Notes under the pieces: generated by a model
What the model was told of the DNA's origin: nothing
What the model saw: the letters and a program-made list of their open reading frames with translations, nothing else
Database searches by the model: none
In this document: piece after piece, positions 27,672 through 37,875 of the stretch
Numbering within the stretch: position 1 is the stretch's first letter
Layout of the letters: every line of letters begins with the position of its first letter
Position numbers and translations under genes: made by a program
Source of the DNA: a virus
Taxonomy: Duplodnaviria > Caudoviricetes
Strand: one strand, 5' to 3'
IMG/VR virus record: IMGVR_UViG_3300007151_000001
Location: 32,352-96,351 of that record
Length of the DNA stretch: 64,000 nucleotides

Positions 27672-28207
27672 ATCGCCAACTCCGCCTGGGTATGGGTCAA
27701 GACGAACCCCGCCCGATGTTCCCCCTTGGTTCGCCGCGGGTGCTCTTGCAGCACGCCCCGCCGCTGGAGGGCACGTCCCGCTTGCCGGACGGTCATGCGG
27801 GACGTACCGAGCTGCATGCCTATCTCCGTATACGACTGCCACACTACGCGGTTCTGCGTGAGCAGCCAGTCGTACAGCAGATTTTCGCTGCGGGTCCAGA
27901 AGGCCGCACGGAGGGCAGACGCACGGCCCCGCGCCGTCCAATAGGGCAAGCCGTACAGATGGCCCCGGGCATGCTTGGGTCTACGCGTTACCCGCAGGCA
28001 GCGCGCAGCGCTCAAATAGGCGACTTGCGGCGCCATCATTTTGGGATGCGACGAGACGGCAGCGGCGATCTGTCGATACGTCTGGGGCACCTCTACGCCC
28101 GGCTCGCCCTCGCACAACATCTCAATGTGCCGGAAGACCAACCAGGCGACTTGACCGAGACTGACGCGACTGCCGTGCGGGGAGGGCGGCAACGAGTCCG
28201 CCATCAT
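27668..28207 (-). CDS. Tandem winged-HTH protein (paralogue family)
   Basis: Same WTA..RAS.LRAAFW linker; coupled to dnaN. Confidence 0.6.
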   Translation of the reverse strand: MMADSLPPSPHGSRVSLGQVAWLVFRHIEMLCEGEPGVEVPQTYRQIAAAVSSHPKMMAPQVAYLSAARCLRVTRRPKHARGHLYGLPYWTARGRASALRAAFWTRSENLLYDWLLTQNRVVWQSYTEIGMQLGTSRMTVRQAGRALQRRGVLQEHPRRTKGEHRAGFVLTHTQAELAI

Positions 28208-29406
28208 CCTTTCCCGGCACGCGGTGGGGACATGGGCATGATTACATGCAGAAAGTCGAACTCTGCCTGCGGCACGGGACGCAAGACGCCCGGCCTGCCG
28301 GCTGCCGCCAATCCGATTTCCAATTCCGCCGCCCCCACATGTTGGAGGAAATCGATGACGTACTGGCCGTTGAACGCAATCTCCAGTGCAGGGCCGTCGA
28401 CCCGTGCCGGGATCTGGTTCGTATTTGCGCCCCGTTGCGCACTTTCCGCCGAGACTGCAATTTCGCCGTCCGGATGGAGGGTCTGTCGGGGGGCACACGT
28501 CAACGAGACCGTACCGTGGGACTCCCGCGAAAACAAGAACGCGGCCCGCACGCTTTGGTGCAAATCGTCCGTCTGCGCGTGGACCCGCGTCTGCGTCTCC
28601 GCATCCTCCGGGATAATCCGCCGATAGTCGGGGAACGTGCCGTCGATCAACTGGCAGATCAGCAACACCCGGTCGAACGTCCCGCCGTCATGCCCCCGAC
28701 CCCCCAAGGCAAAGTGGATCTGGTTGCCGTTGGTCGTGGTCGCGAGGCGGATCGGCCGACTGCGATCGGCGTCGCCCCAGAGCCGAGCCAATTCCGTCAA
28801 GGCGGTCGCTGGCACCAAGGCCCGCACTTCCGGTGTGCTCGCCGTCGTCGGCGCCGTGCAGACGCTGAGCCGGAAGCCGTCCGTGGCCGCCATCGTCAAG
28901 GTGTCGTTCGCAAAACGGAAATCCACCCCCGCCAGATTGGGACGCTCTGGCGTCTTGGCCGCGGCGAAGACGGTACGCTCGATCATGCCGCGCAAGCCCT
29001 GCAGATCCAATTGCACGGTCTCCCCGTCGCCAGCGATCTCCGTCGGGATTTCCGGGAATTCCGCGGCGGCCACCGTATGAAATGCCGCCTGATAACTACC
29101 GCACTGTACTTCCAGTTGCCGGGTTTCGTCCTGGTATTGCAGTACGATTTTGCGGTCCGCAGGCAGCAGGGCGACAAAATCCGTCATCAGACGCGCCGGG
29201 ACGGTCACGGCGCCCGGGGCCAGCACATCGCAGTCCACCCAGACGTTGAGGCTAATGTCCAGATTGGTGCTGACCAGCCGGATACCGTCCTCCGACGCCT
29301 CGAGCAGGATATTCTCCAAGACGGGCAATGTGGGCCGGCTGGCCACGATCCTACCTACATGCCCTAAGACCTTCTGTAGGTACTGTGCCAAAATCCGAAT
29401 GTGCAT
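28204..29406 (-). CDS. dnaN: DNA polymerase III beta sliding clamp
   Basis: PTLPVLENILLEA, TNLDI, ATDGFRL, LIDGTFPDYRRIIP, IAFNGQY and VIMPM motifs; AGGAG RBS. Confidence 0.95.
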   Translation of the reverse strand: MHIRILAQYLQKVLGHVGRIVASRPTLPVLENILLEASEDGIRLVSTNLDISLNVWVDCDVLAPGAVTVPARLMTDFVALLPADRKIVLQYQDETRQLEVQCGSYQAAFHTVAAAEFPEIPTEIAGDGETVQLDLQGLRGMIERTVFAAAKTPERPNLAGVDFRFANDTLTMAATDGFRLSVCTAPTTASTPEVRALVPATALTELARLWGDADRSRPIRLATTTNGNQIHFALGGRGHDGGTFDRVLLICQLIDGTFPDYRRIIPEDAETQTRVHAQTDDLHQSVRAAFLFSRESHGTVSLTCAPRQTLHPDGEIAVSAESAQRGANTNQIPARVDGPALEIAFNGQYVIDFLQHVGAAELEIGLAAAGRPGVLRPVPQAEFDFLHVIMPMSPPRAGKG

Positions 29407-29416
29407 AGATCCACTC

Positions 29417-29953
29417 CTATGTGGCCAACTCGGCGTCATCGCCGAGAGTCAAAACAATGTGGTTGCGGGAAATCACGCCGCGACGTTCCAGCGCCGCCAA
29501 AGCGTCGTTAATCGTGGCCTGCGAGTACTCCAGGGCCGCCGCCAACTCTTGTTGAGTTTGCGCCCGCTCCTGGGGTCCCCGCAGAAAATGGGTATATAGG
29601 CGGTCTTGCGCCGGCGTCCAAAAATGCCGACGCAGATAGGCGGCGCGGGCCCAGGGCGTCCAAGCCGGCGTCGCATAGCGGTGGGGCCGACAGTCGCGTC
29701 GCACTCGCAACCCGCCCGACGCTTCGAGGCGCCCGATTTGCCAGCTGACGAAACTCTCGTTGCTGTACAGCGGTTGCGCCAATTCTTTCAGCGAAAATTG
29801 CACCCACCCGTCGGAACTCTCGGCGCACGCTGCTTCGATGCGGTCAAAAATGCCCCGCGCCAACTGCCCGAAGGTCAAGACGGACCAAACAGGCGCAAGA
29901 ACATCCCTGTCACGAAGGCGCAGAACACCAAGGTGCCTATGCCATATCGCCAA
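29417..29953 (-). CDS. Tandem winged-HTH protein (paralogue family)
   Basis: WT.WARA..LR..FW linker; TQQELAAALEYSQATINDAL..LE.RG. Confidence 0.6.
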   Translation of the reverse strand: MAIWHRHLGVLRLRDRDVLAPVWSVLTFGQLARGIFDRIEAACAESSDGWVQFSLKELAQPLYSNESFVSWQIGRLEASGGLRVRRDCRPHRYATPAWTPWARAAYLRRHFWTPAQDRLYTHFLRGPQERAQTQQELAAALEYSQATINDALAALERRGVISRNHIVLTLGDDAELAT

Positions 29954-30282
29954 TCATGTTTCATCTGCATCGTGCTCGCTCCTGTGTCTGCGCAATTCGT
30001 CTAATACACTGCAATACCCGTTGTACAGCACCCGGATTTGACGATACAGCAGCCCTATCGCCTGACTGCCCGCGGGCCGGGTCTCGGCGGCCAAGTCGAA
30101 CTGGAAACTCAGCATGTCGGTCAATCCCTCTTCGAGGTGCCGGATTTCCCGTTCCAGTTGCGCTATGGGCACCCACGTATCCAGCGACGCCAGATAGACG
30201 CCGGGATTGCGATCCGTCACCTCGTCTTCGCGCGGATCTTGGCCGAGGGTCAGGGGGGCTGCCGGCTTGTCTGTCGCCTTCG

Positions 30283-30876
30283 TCATTTCGTCCATTCCCG
30301 CAAACATCGGTCGAATTCAGCCTGTACGTCTACGGCATCCGGTTTCGGCCTCTTCCGCATCGTGATTTCTCCCGTGGCGCCCAGATAAAAGAGCGCCAGC
30401 GGCAACGCGTCCCGCCATAACGCGTCCTCCAAATAATGATTGGGGATGCTGTGCTTGACCGGCCAATACCAGCCTGGCGTTTCGTCCCCCTCTTGCCCGC
30501 GTTCCACGAATTGCAGTATGCCACGCTGCTTGTCATGCGGCGGGCAGCCCAACTCGGGATGCCAGGATATCCCTACGGCATGCAGTTTCGGATCATGCAA
30601 CAGCGGCTTGCTCATCGCTTCGCGTTCGATTTCGCGCACCAACGCCGCGCCCCATTCCAACATGGCCCAGGGCGACAGGCAAAAGGCTGGATACTGCCGA
30701 AACCCCCCCGTCACGTAGGCGGGTCCCGCCGCAATGTCTTGGAGCGGGGAATAGCCTTGCAGGAACTGCGACAATTCAGGGGTCTCGCGTACCTCTTCAT
30801 CCAGGCCCCACTCCCACAAAAGCCGACTGGCTTCCCAGCGCGGCATCGTGACGGGTTTGGCTTTCGTCATCCCCAT
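30283..30876 (-). CDS. Hypothetical protein
   Basis: Coupled ORF in the replication operon. Confidence 0.5.
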   Translation of the reverse strand: MGMTKAKPVTMPRWEASRLLWEWGLDEEVRETPELSQFLQGYSPLQDIAAGPAYVTGGFRQYPAFCLSPWAMLEWGAALVREIEREAMSKPLLHDPKLHAVGISWHPELGCPPHDKQRGILQFVERGQEGDETPGWYWPVKHSIPNHYLEDALWRDALPLALFYLGATGEITMRKRPKPDAVDVQAEFDRCLREWTK

Positions 30877-31377
30877 CTCCGTTGCCGGCGCATATGCCGC
30901 CGCTTGCGTTTCCGGTCCTGCTGGGCGCGCTTCGCCTTGGTGCGATTCCGCACGCCCGGCACACTGCCCTTGCGTTCTTGTTGGTCGGCTTCGTAGTGGC
31001 TACGGCCGTCAATCAGGCCGAAGCCGAGCCAGTCGTGCGGTTTCTTGCGTACTGGCTTCATGATTGCTCCAAGTAGAGATTCTGTTCCCGCCGGGTCATT
31101 TGGCGGACTTGGTGGCGTCGATTGACATGCTGGCGCCAGAAACCAGGGCCGTAAATTCGCACGTAACAGGCAACGTCGTAGCGGTTCCACGTTGTGCAGC
31201 CGTCGCGTTTCGCGAGACCCTCCTGCGTGAACAATTCTGCAATGCGCGCGTACGTCCACGACCGGTCCAGATACCATTTCCGAGGCAGCAATCGTTCAAA
31301 CGCCGCATCAATTTTCTGCCGACGTGCTACCCGATGTGGGGCATAGCGATTTTTGGGCATCGTATTCTCCCTCCCTA

Positions 31378-31692
31378 TCAAAACGGAATGGGGTCGTCGT
31401 CGTCTTCGGCCCACGGCGGCGGATCCATCGCCGGCGGCGCAGCTTCCTGCTGCGGCTTGGATCCGGCGAGAGCGCAAAACGCGACGCGCAACCCTTGGAG
31501 GGGACCGAATTTCGCCTCGAACCCCCCGTAGTCCTTGCCGGGCGGTTCGATTTCCACGATCTCAGCCGTGCCGTCCTTGCGGGTCACGGGCACGGTTCCC
31601 GTACGCGCCGCCAGCAACTCGGCCATGACGATCCAAGCCCCGCTCTCCTTGTCCTTGGCCCATACAGCCACTACTTCGTCTTGCTCTTGCAT
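31378..31692 (-). CDS. Small protein with an SSB-like acidic tail (DDDDPIPF)
   Basis: ACAGGAGG RBS; C-terminus resembles the bacterial SSB tip DDDIPF. Confidence 0.6.
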   Translation of the reverse strand: MQEQDEVVAVWAKDKESGAWIVMAELLAARTGTVPVTRKDGTAEIVEIEPPGKDYGGFEAKFGPLQGLRVAFCALAGSKPQQEAAPPAMDPPPWAEDDDDPIPF

Positions 31693-32099
31693 AGTAGATT
31701 CCTCCTGTGATGTAGAAGTGTGTTTAGACAATGGCGCTGCCCCCGCCGAACCCGCTGACCTTGCGCACATGGCGGGGAATAGGGACAGTCATGATGTAGG
31801 ACCAATGCTTCCAGCTGCGCAAACAATGCGGACACGTCACGATACCCACCAACGGCTGCCCCCAATGCCACCCTTCCGCCCCCGGCTGCTTCATGCGGAC
31901 CAAAGGCACTTCGGCGAAGCACAGGGCTCTCCCGGCCTGATAGGCGCTCATGCGCCCATCGATGTGCATCCAGCCCCCCCCGCTTTTTGATCTTCGGCCG
32001 TCCGCCTCTCGCCCACATCGCGCGGAAGTGTCCGCTGGGACGCTGCGGCTTGGTGCGCTACGGATTCGCGCCAGGTCAACAGAGACGGCTGCAATGCGC

Positions 32100-33998
32100 T
32101 CATCGGCTTCCCCCCCGCCGGCTCTCGACGATACTGCTCACAATGTCCTGCTTGGTGCGCATGCACCGCCACACGTGATCGTCCACGGTCCCCGGACACT
32201 GCAGCAGATGATGCGTACATTTGCGGGTCTGTCCTTGACGATAGATGCGGCCCCGGGCTTGCCAATAGTGACTGTACTGATAGCCTACGTCTAGGTACAC
32301 GGCATGATGTGCGCGAGTCAGATCGATACTGGCCGAACCCGAGGCGATGTTCACCCCGCAGATGTCCAGCCCGTGCGTCATGTTGCCGTATGCGTCGATC
32401 CCGTCCTTGCGTTGCCCTGAGATTTCGCCATAGACATAGCCCTGTCGTCGTGACCAATCCGCCAGCCAAGCCGCTTGGCTTTTCCAGCGGGTGATGACCA
32501 CGGCGGGTTTCGGCAAATCCCGTACCAGTTCTTGCATTGCCCGCAACTTCGGAGCCCGGGGCGCCATGAGGTATTCATGCGCTCCCTCGTCCGGCAACTC
32601 TTCCTCGGGCGTCGTCTCGTATTCCGGCTTGAGCACGGGCACCACGCCGCCTACCAGTTGCGCACAGCGCAACATCCAGTTGAAGACATGGACCGCGCCG
32701 AGATAGACCCGTCGCCCCTGCCACTGCAAGGCGGGACCTTGATAGGCGCCCAGCCCTTGCCGCAAGATGTCGGCTTGCGCTTCGGCGCTCAGGCCGTCGG
32801 CCATGCGGCTCCAGACGTCCAACGCCGCGTCCACTTGCCGATACAGCGTCGCTAGCGGCGCATAGTCCTGCATCTCGATGTGCACTTCGCTGTCTATTTC
32901 GCCGGGCAAGTCCAGCATGTCGGATTTGCGGATGCGGATCGCGAAGCGGGCGAAATCTCGTTGCAACATGGCCTGCGGCGTCGTCGCCTGCTGATGGTCC
33001 AGCATGTCGAGGGCGGCTTCCACGCCTTGGTACCGCCGCGCCATGTCGGAACGCGCTCCCATGCCGCCGGCCTCCAGCAACTCGAACTGAGGCCACAGAT
33101 CCAACGGTTTGCGGGTCAAGGGCGTTGCCGTCAGGCATAGATTCCAGCGCGCCCGGCGGCTCAAGCGCAATGCCGTGCGGGTCCGATTGGCTTGGGGGTT
33201 CTTCACGTAGTGCGACTCGTCCCAGATACAGAGATCGTAGCGGGCTTGCGCAGTCAGCCACTTCTGCACTCGACTGGGGCGCCGGCGCGCCGCCAAGTGG
33301 TCGTAAGAGACGATCACCAACAACGGCCGCAGGCACGCGTCCCAGGCTTGGGCGACAGCCCCTACTCGCTCGCGGGTCAACCGCATCGCCTCCAAATCCA
33401 GATCGAATTTGGCGATGTCGCGGGACCATACCCCGGCGCCGGCTACGGGGCCGACGACCAAAGCCCGCAACGGGGGTTCGCTGTGAATGGCTTCCGCCAA
33501 TTTCAGCAGCACGGCCAACGCCGTGACCGTCTTCCCGGTACCCGTCTCCAGGGCGAAGAGCGTCCCTCTGTCTTGCTGCAGATTGCGCATCGCGTGCGCC
33601 ACTGCGCGTTGCTGACCCTCGAAGAGCCGCTCCCACAGGGGGAACGGGCGCGGGCTCTCTTGGATACGCCGCAACGTGTCCAGCGTCGCGCCCTCGAGAC
33701 GTTGCGCTTCCCGCCGGAAATGTCGCTGGTCTTGGAAGTGCAGTAGCAACCAGCCGTCTTCGCCCGCCGCTGCTCGTTCGGCGCGGGTCCACCGGCTTAG
33801 ATACCGCTCCATGCCGTATTCGTACACGCGGCGAAAGCGGTACGGGCGCAAGGCCCGCGGCGAAACCCGCCGGGTCCATTGCGCAACCTCATGCGCGGCG
33901 GGGACCAAGGCCCCCGCCGTCATGCAATCTCGCCATTCGTCGTAGCCCAGAAACCGCCAATCCAGATCGGCGACCAGGCCCTCTCGGAAACGCGCCAT
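32100..33998 (-). CDS. SNF2-family (SF2) helicase
   Basis: GTGKT Walker A, DESH Walker B, TATP motif III and QARGRIYRQGQ motif VI. Confidence 0.9.
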   Translation of the reverse strand: MARFREGLVADLDWRFLGYDEWRDCMTAGALVPAAHEVAQWTRRVSPRALRPYRFRRVYEYGMERYLSRWTRAERAAAGEDGWLLLHFQDQRHFRREAQRLEGATLDTLRRIQESPRPFPLWERLFEGQQRAVAHAMRNLQQDRGTLFALETGTGKTVTALAVLLKLAEAIHSEPPLRALVVGPVAGAGVWSRDIAKFDLDLEAMRLTRERVGAVAQAWDACLRPLLVIVSYDHLAARRRPSRVQKWLTAQARYDLCIWDESHYVKNPQANRTRTALRLSRRARWNLCLTATPLTRKPLDLWPQFELLEAGGMGARSDMARRYQGVEAALDMLDHQQATTPQAMLQRDFARFAIRIRKSDMLDLPGEIDSEVHIEMQDYAPLATLYRQVDAALDVWSRMADGLSAEAQADILRQGLGAYQGPALQWQGRRVYLGAVHVFNWMLRCAQLVGGVVPVLKPEYETTPEEELPDEGAHEYLMAPRAPKLRAMQELVRDLPKPAVVITRWKSQAAWLADWSRRQGYVYGEISGQRKDGIDAYGNMTHGLDICGVNIASGSASIDLTRAHHAVYLDVGYQYSHYWQARGRIYRQGQTRKCTHHLLQCPGTVDDHVWRCMRTKQDIVSSIVESRRGGSR

Positions 33999-34969
33999 CA
34001 GTAACTCACGGCCCCGTATCGTTCGTCAGCTAAGTCCGCGTCCTCGGCCTCCAGCACCCCGAGCAGAGGGCGCACCTCGTCTTCCGTCAGTACCGCCTCC
34101 AGGGCGTTCTTTTGATCCGTGCTGTGCGCCGGCCAGGTCAACTCATGGTCCGTGGCGAGCCGCGTCAAGAGCCGTTCGTAGTGCTCCTCGTCCACGCCCA
34201 AGCCCTTGAGCTTGGGATAGAGCGTGACTTGCCGATAGGGGTCTACAGACAACCAAGCCCGGCGGATGTCGGCGGGCTGCATGCGGCGTATCAGCGACGC
34301 ATATTCCTCCGCGGTCGCCATCGGCCACGGCATACGATATCGCCGGGCCAACTCGCCCGCCACGAGCCCCGAGTTGGCCTTGGCAATGCCCGCTTCTCGG
34401 CATTTTGCCACGACCTGCAGTTTGTACTCGTTCAGGGTAAGCGTCGGCTCCGCAGGCGTTCGTGGCGGTTCCGAATGTCGCCTTGCCGCCGCTTGACGTT
34501 GCGGCAGGGGCTTGTGGATCGCCCGGGGCCTACCCGCTTCCGCGTCGTCTTCGGCCGCGATGCCCAACAGCGTGGCCAAGGCGTACCGCAACAGATACGT
34601 GCGGGCCTTGCCCCACTCGAAGCAGGTCGCTTGCACGGTCCCGTTGGGCGGCATCGTCAGAGCCGGTCCCTCGCAGTCCTGCGTCAGGTAGGGCCCCACG
34701 CTGCTATGCACGACGACCCGCACGACCGGCCGGCCGTCGCTGTAGCGAAATTCGCTGCTGACGGCGAAGCCGTGTTGCGCCAGAATAGGCGCTGCTTCGC
34801 TGTACAGCACGTCCAACGGCATGTAACTGCCGTGGTGCCCGCGAGCAGTCCGGCGCCACGTGTGCGCCTGGATTTCCGCCAAGCATTGGACCCATGCCGC
34901 ATGGCGCGGGTCCGCCGGTTCATGCGCCGCCGGTCTTTCGGGGGGTGGGATCATTCTCTCTTGCTGCAT
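33998..34969 (-). CDS. ERF-family single-strand annealing protein
   Basis: Y.PLD.L.....P.L..HG and G.A.TY..RYAL..LLGIA.EDD ERF motif; ACACAGGAG RBS. Confidence 0.8.
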   Translation of the reverse strand: MQQERMIPPPERPAAHEPADPRHAAWVQCLAEIQAHTWRRTARGHHGSYMPLDVLYSEAAPILAQHGFAVSSEFRYSDGRPVVRVVVHSSVGPYLTQDCEGPALTMPPNGTVQATCFEWGKARTYLLRYALATLLGIAAEDDAEAGRPRAIHKPLPQRQAAARRHSEPPRTPAEPTLTLNEYKLQVVAKCREAGIAKANSGLVAGELARRYRMPWPMATAEEYASLIRRMQPADIRRAWLSVDPYRQVTLYPKLKGLGVDEEHYERLLTRLATDHELTWPAHSTDQKNALEAVLTEDEVRPLLGVLEAEDADLADERYGAVSY

Positions 34970-35028
34970 AGTATCTCCTGTGTGAAGTGAGCGTAGGCCC
35001 GAGGCAAGGCGCCCCGGGCCGAAACAAC

Positions 35029-35616
35029 TTAGTAGGCGTACTTTTTGCGATACGGGTCGTAGGGCAGTACGCATTCCCATTGGCGCCGACTGAACGGCGT
35101 ATCGTACTCGCTCTGACCCTGTAGCCAAGCAATCAGTTGGTCCGCCATCTTGCGCCGGAATTCCGAGCGAAAGCGGTTTTTGGCACGCGTCTTCAGCAGG
35201 GCTTTGCAGGCGACCAACTGCGCTTTGGGTCGCCAGTCCCGAGTGGAACGCAACCCGCAGCTTTCGATCTCTACCGAAAGCCGTAGGCTTTCGTACCCGT
35301 ACAACTCTTCCAGGCGCCGGGCCTGGGCAACCGGGATCTGGCATTCGTCCGCCAGATCCCGGACATAGGCGTTGAACCGCCGGCGGTGTTGCGTCTGCAG
35401 CCACTCGTCGGCGAGCCGCTGCACTTCGGGCGTGGCATCGATTTCCACGCGCTGCCGCCCGCCGAAGTAGCGGGTGCTGCCGTTGGCGACAGCTTGCACC
35501 CCGCCCTCATGGGTCCAGACGAGCACGTAGAAATCCGAGTCGTCGTACCCGTTCAGCTCCATCTTTTCCAGTGTGGCCCCTTGGTATCGGGGGCCGTCTT
35601 CAAAATAAATCGTCAT
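35029..35616 (-). CDS. Hypothetical phage protein (NGYDDSDFY motif)
   Basis: First gene behind the promoter at 35649; ACACAGGAG RBS. Confidence 0.7.
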   Translation of the reverse strand: MTIYFEDGPRYQGATLEKMELNGYDDSDFYVLVWTHEGGVQAVANGSTRYFGGRQRVEIDATPEVQRLADEWLQTQHRRRFNAYVRDLADECQIPVAQARRLEELYGYESLRLSVEIESCGLRSTRDWRPKAQLVACKALLKTRAKNRFRSEFRRKMADQLIAWLQGQSEYDTPFSRRQWECVLPYDPYRKKYAY

Positions 35617-35648
35617 GCGGGTGCTCCTGTGTGTGTGCTATAGCCCCA

Positions 35649-35659
35649 ATATTACCACA
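35649..35659 (-). promoter_or_regulatory. Repeated phage promoter, copy 5 (extended -10 only)
   Basis: TGTGGTAATAT followed by ACACACAGGAG. Confidence 0.55.
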
Positions 35660-35966
35660 GGGCGCCTACATCCCCTAATCCAGTTCCGACCATTCGCCGG
35701 TGATTTCTTCGGGCACGTCTAGCGACGTATCGTAGGCTTGGGCCAAGCCGAGTTCCGTCTCGGCCTCCGCCATCTGTTCCCGCAGATACGTGAAGGTCGC
35801 CAACATCTCTTCGGTCGGCGGCACATGGGGAGCGGCACCCCTCTCCCTCAGGGCAGTCTCTATCTCCGTCAAGTCCCTCAGTCCCGTCTGGAGAACGTCT
35901 TGCAATTCTCGCAATTGAGCCACACACCAACGCACGGCGGCCAGGTCGTCGCTTTCCAGGGAGGTG

Positions 35967-36305
35967 TCACTGGACGTCATGGGGGACATCCTCTTGCAAA
36001 GGGAGGCGGTATGTCCTGCCATCTTTCTGGACGAGCCGATACCCCGTCTCGGCCCAGCGCTTTTCCCGCTCTTCGGATTCGCTCTCCCATCGCTTGACCG
36101 TATCCTCGCCATACAAGACCGCATACGGGTCGTCGGGAAACTGACCCTGCTGCCGAGACAACCGCCACAGACGGAGCGTCAACCAGAGCCGGCCCCAGAT
36201 CCCAGCCATAGCACGTCGGGACTTCAGCGCCTCGTATTCGATCGCGCGCTCGGCCAGGTCCAAAAGATCCTGATCGTTTTGTGGTGTCATTGCCGTGCCT
36301 TCCAT
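35967..36305 (-). CDS. Hypothetical protein
   Basis: Coupled ORF in the early operon. Confidence 0.45.
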   Translation of the reverse strand: MEGTAMTPQNDQDLLDLAERAIEYEALKSRRAMAGIWGRLWLTLRLWRLSRQQGQFPDDPYAVLYGEDTVKRWESESEEREKRWAETGYRLVQKDGRTYRLPLQEDVPHDVQ

Positions 36306-36787
36306 TCCGTATAAGATTCATCCGTCATGTGTCCGAGATGGACCTCCATCGCCCAAACAATTACGGCCCAGTCGAACGACGTCCAATTTTCAAATTTCAC
36401 CCAGGGCATTTTCTTGCCGACCCGTTCTTGCAGCCGCTCCACGTGACGCAAGACCCGCGCCTCCAACGCCGCCGGCAACCCCGCCGTGTGCATCGCCAAC
36501 TCGTACAGATCCACTTCCCGCGCTACCGGCAGACCCCCGTCCAACACGTAGGTATCCAGCGCCGCCCTCGGATCCGGCTTGGCGTAATAGTTGTGGGTCG
36601 AAGTCCGCTGCCACTGGCCCCCGGCATACTCATGCAAGGCCCCCCAGAGCGTATACCGGTCGCCCTGCCGTAGAGCGCCGTCGCTCTGTAACCGCTTCCA
36701 GCGCCCCGTCGCCAACTCGGCAAGAAATTTGTGCCAGCGGGCGTATTGGGGGTATAGATAACTGCGGTCCGTATGGACTACGTCCAT
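36287..36787 (-). CDS. Hypothetical phage protein, paralogue family W..FL..L..GRW
   Basis: Similar to 17536..18036. Confidence 0.65.
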   Translation of the reverse strand: MDVVHTDRSYLYPQYARWHKFLAELATGRWKRLQSDGALRQGDRYTLWGALHEYAGGQWQRTSTHNYYAKPDPRAALDTYVLDGGLPVAREVDLYELAMHTAGLPAALEARVLRHVERLQERVGKKMPWVKFENWTSFDWAVIVWAMEVHLGHMTDESYTEWKARQ

Positions 36788-36874
36788 CAGGACACCGTCT
36801 CCTGTGCTCCTGTGAATGTCCTTCTAACGCCCAAAGCCCCGGCTCCTCCGGGGCTGGGCGATGGTACTTGGCGT

Positions 36875-37111
36875 CTACCGGCTGAAGGTCGGTACGAGGT
36901 CGTCGCCGTCCCGTACCCACTCTTCGACAAACTGCCCGTCGGTCTCCAGGCGAATGCGCCCGTCGCGCTTGCCCAAGCCGATCTCGAGCATGGCGGCGGT
37001 CCAAAGCTCCTGGGCTTCGTCCCCGTCGGTGGTCGTCGCCTGGAAGACGTTGACCGTCGGCAGAGGCTTCAGTTCCGCCCAGTCGGTGGTAATCGTGTAG
37101 TTGTGACTCAT
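36875..37111 (-). CDS. Small acidic early protein (MSHNYTIT...)
   Basis: First gene behind the promoter at 37143; ACACAGGAG RBS. Confidence 0.55.
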   Translation of the reverse strand: MSHNYTITTDWAELKPLPTVNVFQATTTDGDEAQELWTAAMLEIGLGKRDGRIRLETDGQFVEEWVRDGDDLVPTFSR

Positions 37112-37142
37112 GACTAACTCCTGTGTGTGTATCATGGTTCCC

Positions 37143-37171
37143 ATATTACCACAACACGAAATGGACTGCAA
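37143..37171 (-). promoter_or_regulatory. Repeated phage promoter, copy 6
   Basis: TTGCAG-17 nt-TAATAT. Confidence 0.75.
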
Positions 37172-37211
37172 GGGGAAATTGCAGATTGGTCCGAGATTGG
37201 TCGAAATTGGG

Positions 37212-37875
37212 TCAATCCGCCGCCGATGTGTCCTGGATAGGCCGGTTCCCCAACTCCGCGATGCCGGGGGCAAATCCTGTATCGTCCCCGGCCAAGATCG
37301 CTTGCAGCAGCGGGTCCGAGGCATTGTACGCCGCTGCTAGGCCTTTGATATCCATGACCCTACTCCTTTCTCGGTCGCCCTCGTATTCGAGCGTCGCCGC
37401 AACCCGGTACTGATTGCCTCCGTGCTTGCTCCTGGGCGGCTTGCCGGGCCCCCGATCCACGAGCTCGTAATGCCGATAGACCTCGGCGTACAGCAAATGT
37501 CCCATACAGCCGGCTTGGGCTTGCGCGGCGGGGTACCCCTTGGGCGCGGTCGCCCCGCATTGCGCATAGGGGCACGTGACGATACCCTGTCCTATCGTGC
37601 GCGGGGACGCCTGACGCCGTGCCACCAACTCGAAACGGGGGGGTGGAAAAGGGACCGAGGGACAAGCGTAACCCCAGCGTGTCCGACAGAAACCAATTCG
37701 GAGACAGCGGGATCAGGGCGTGACACGTAGGACAGAGCACGGTCCGCGCCCAGAGATAGGCCTGGATCTGGCGGCCTAACCGCAACGGCATGCCGGCTGT
37801 GGCTTGCGGCTCCGTCTTGACGTACACAGGATTGTCCGGATCGAATGTCCAGCCCAGTTGGCGGTATTCCGTCAT
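37212..37875 (-). pseudogene. Zn-finger fragment of a DUF1156-type adenine DNA methylase, frameshifted at a C7 tract
   Basis: AYLWARTV.CP.C...IPLSPNW.L then, in another frame, FELV....S..T...G..TCPY..CG.....AQAQAG.MG..LYA.VY; frames meet at G7 37637-37643. Confidence 0.6.

Noticed and set aside
28246-29367. Long antisense ORFs, for example opposite dnaN, csf2 and the primase
   Set aside because: They are shadow frames typical of high-GC DNA, without RBS or motifs.
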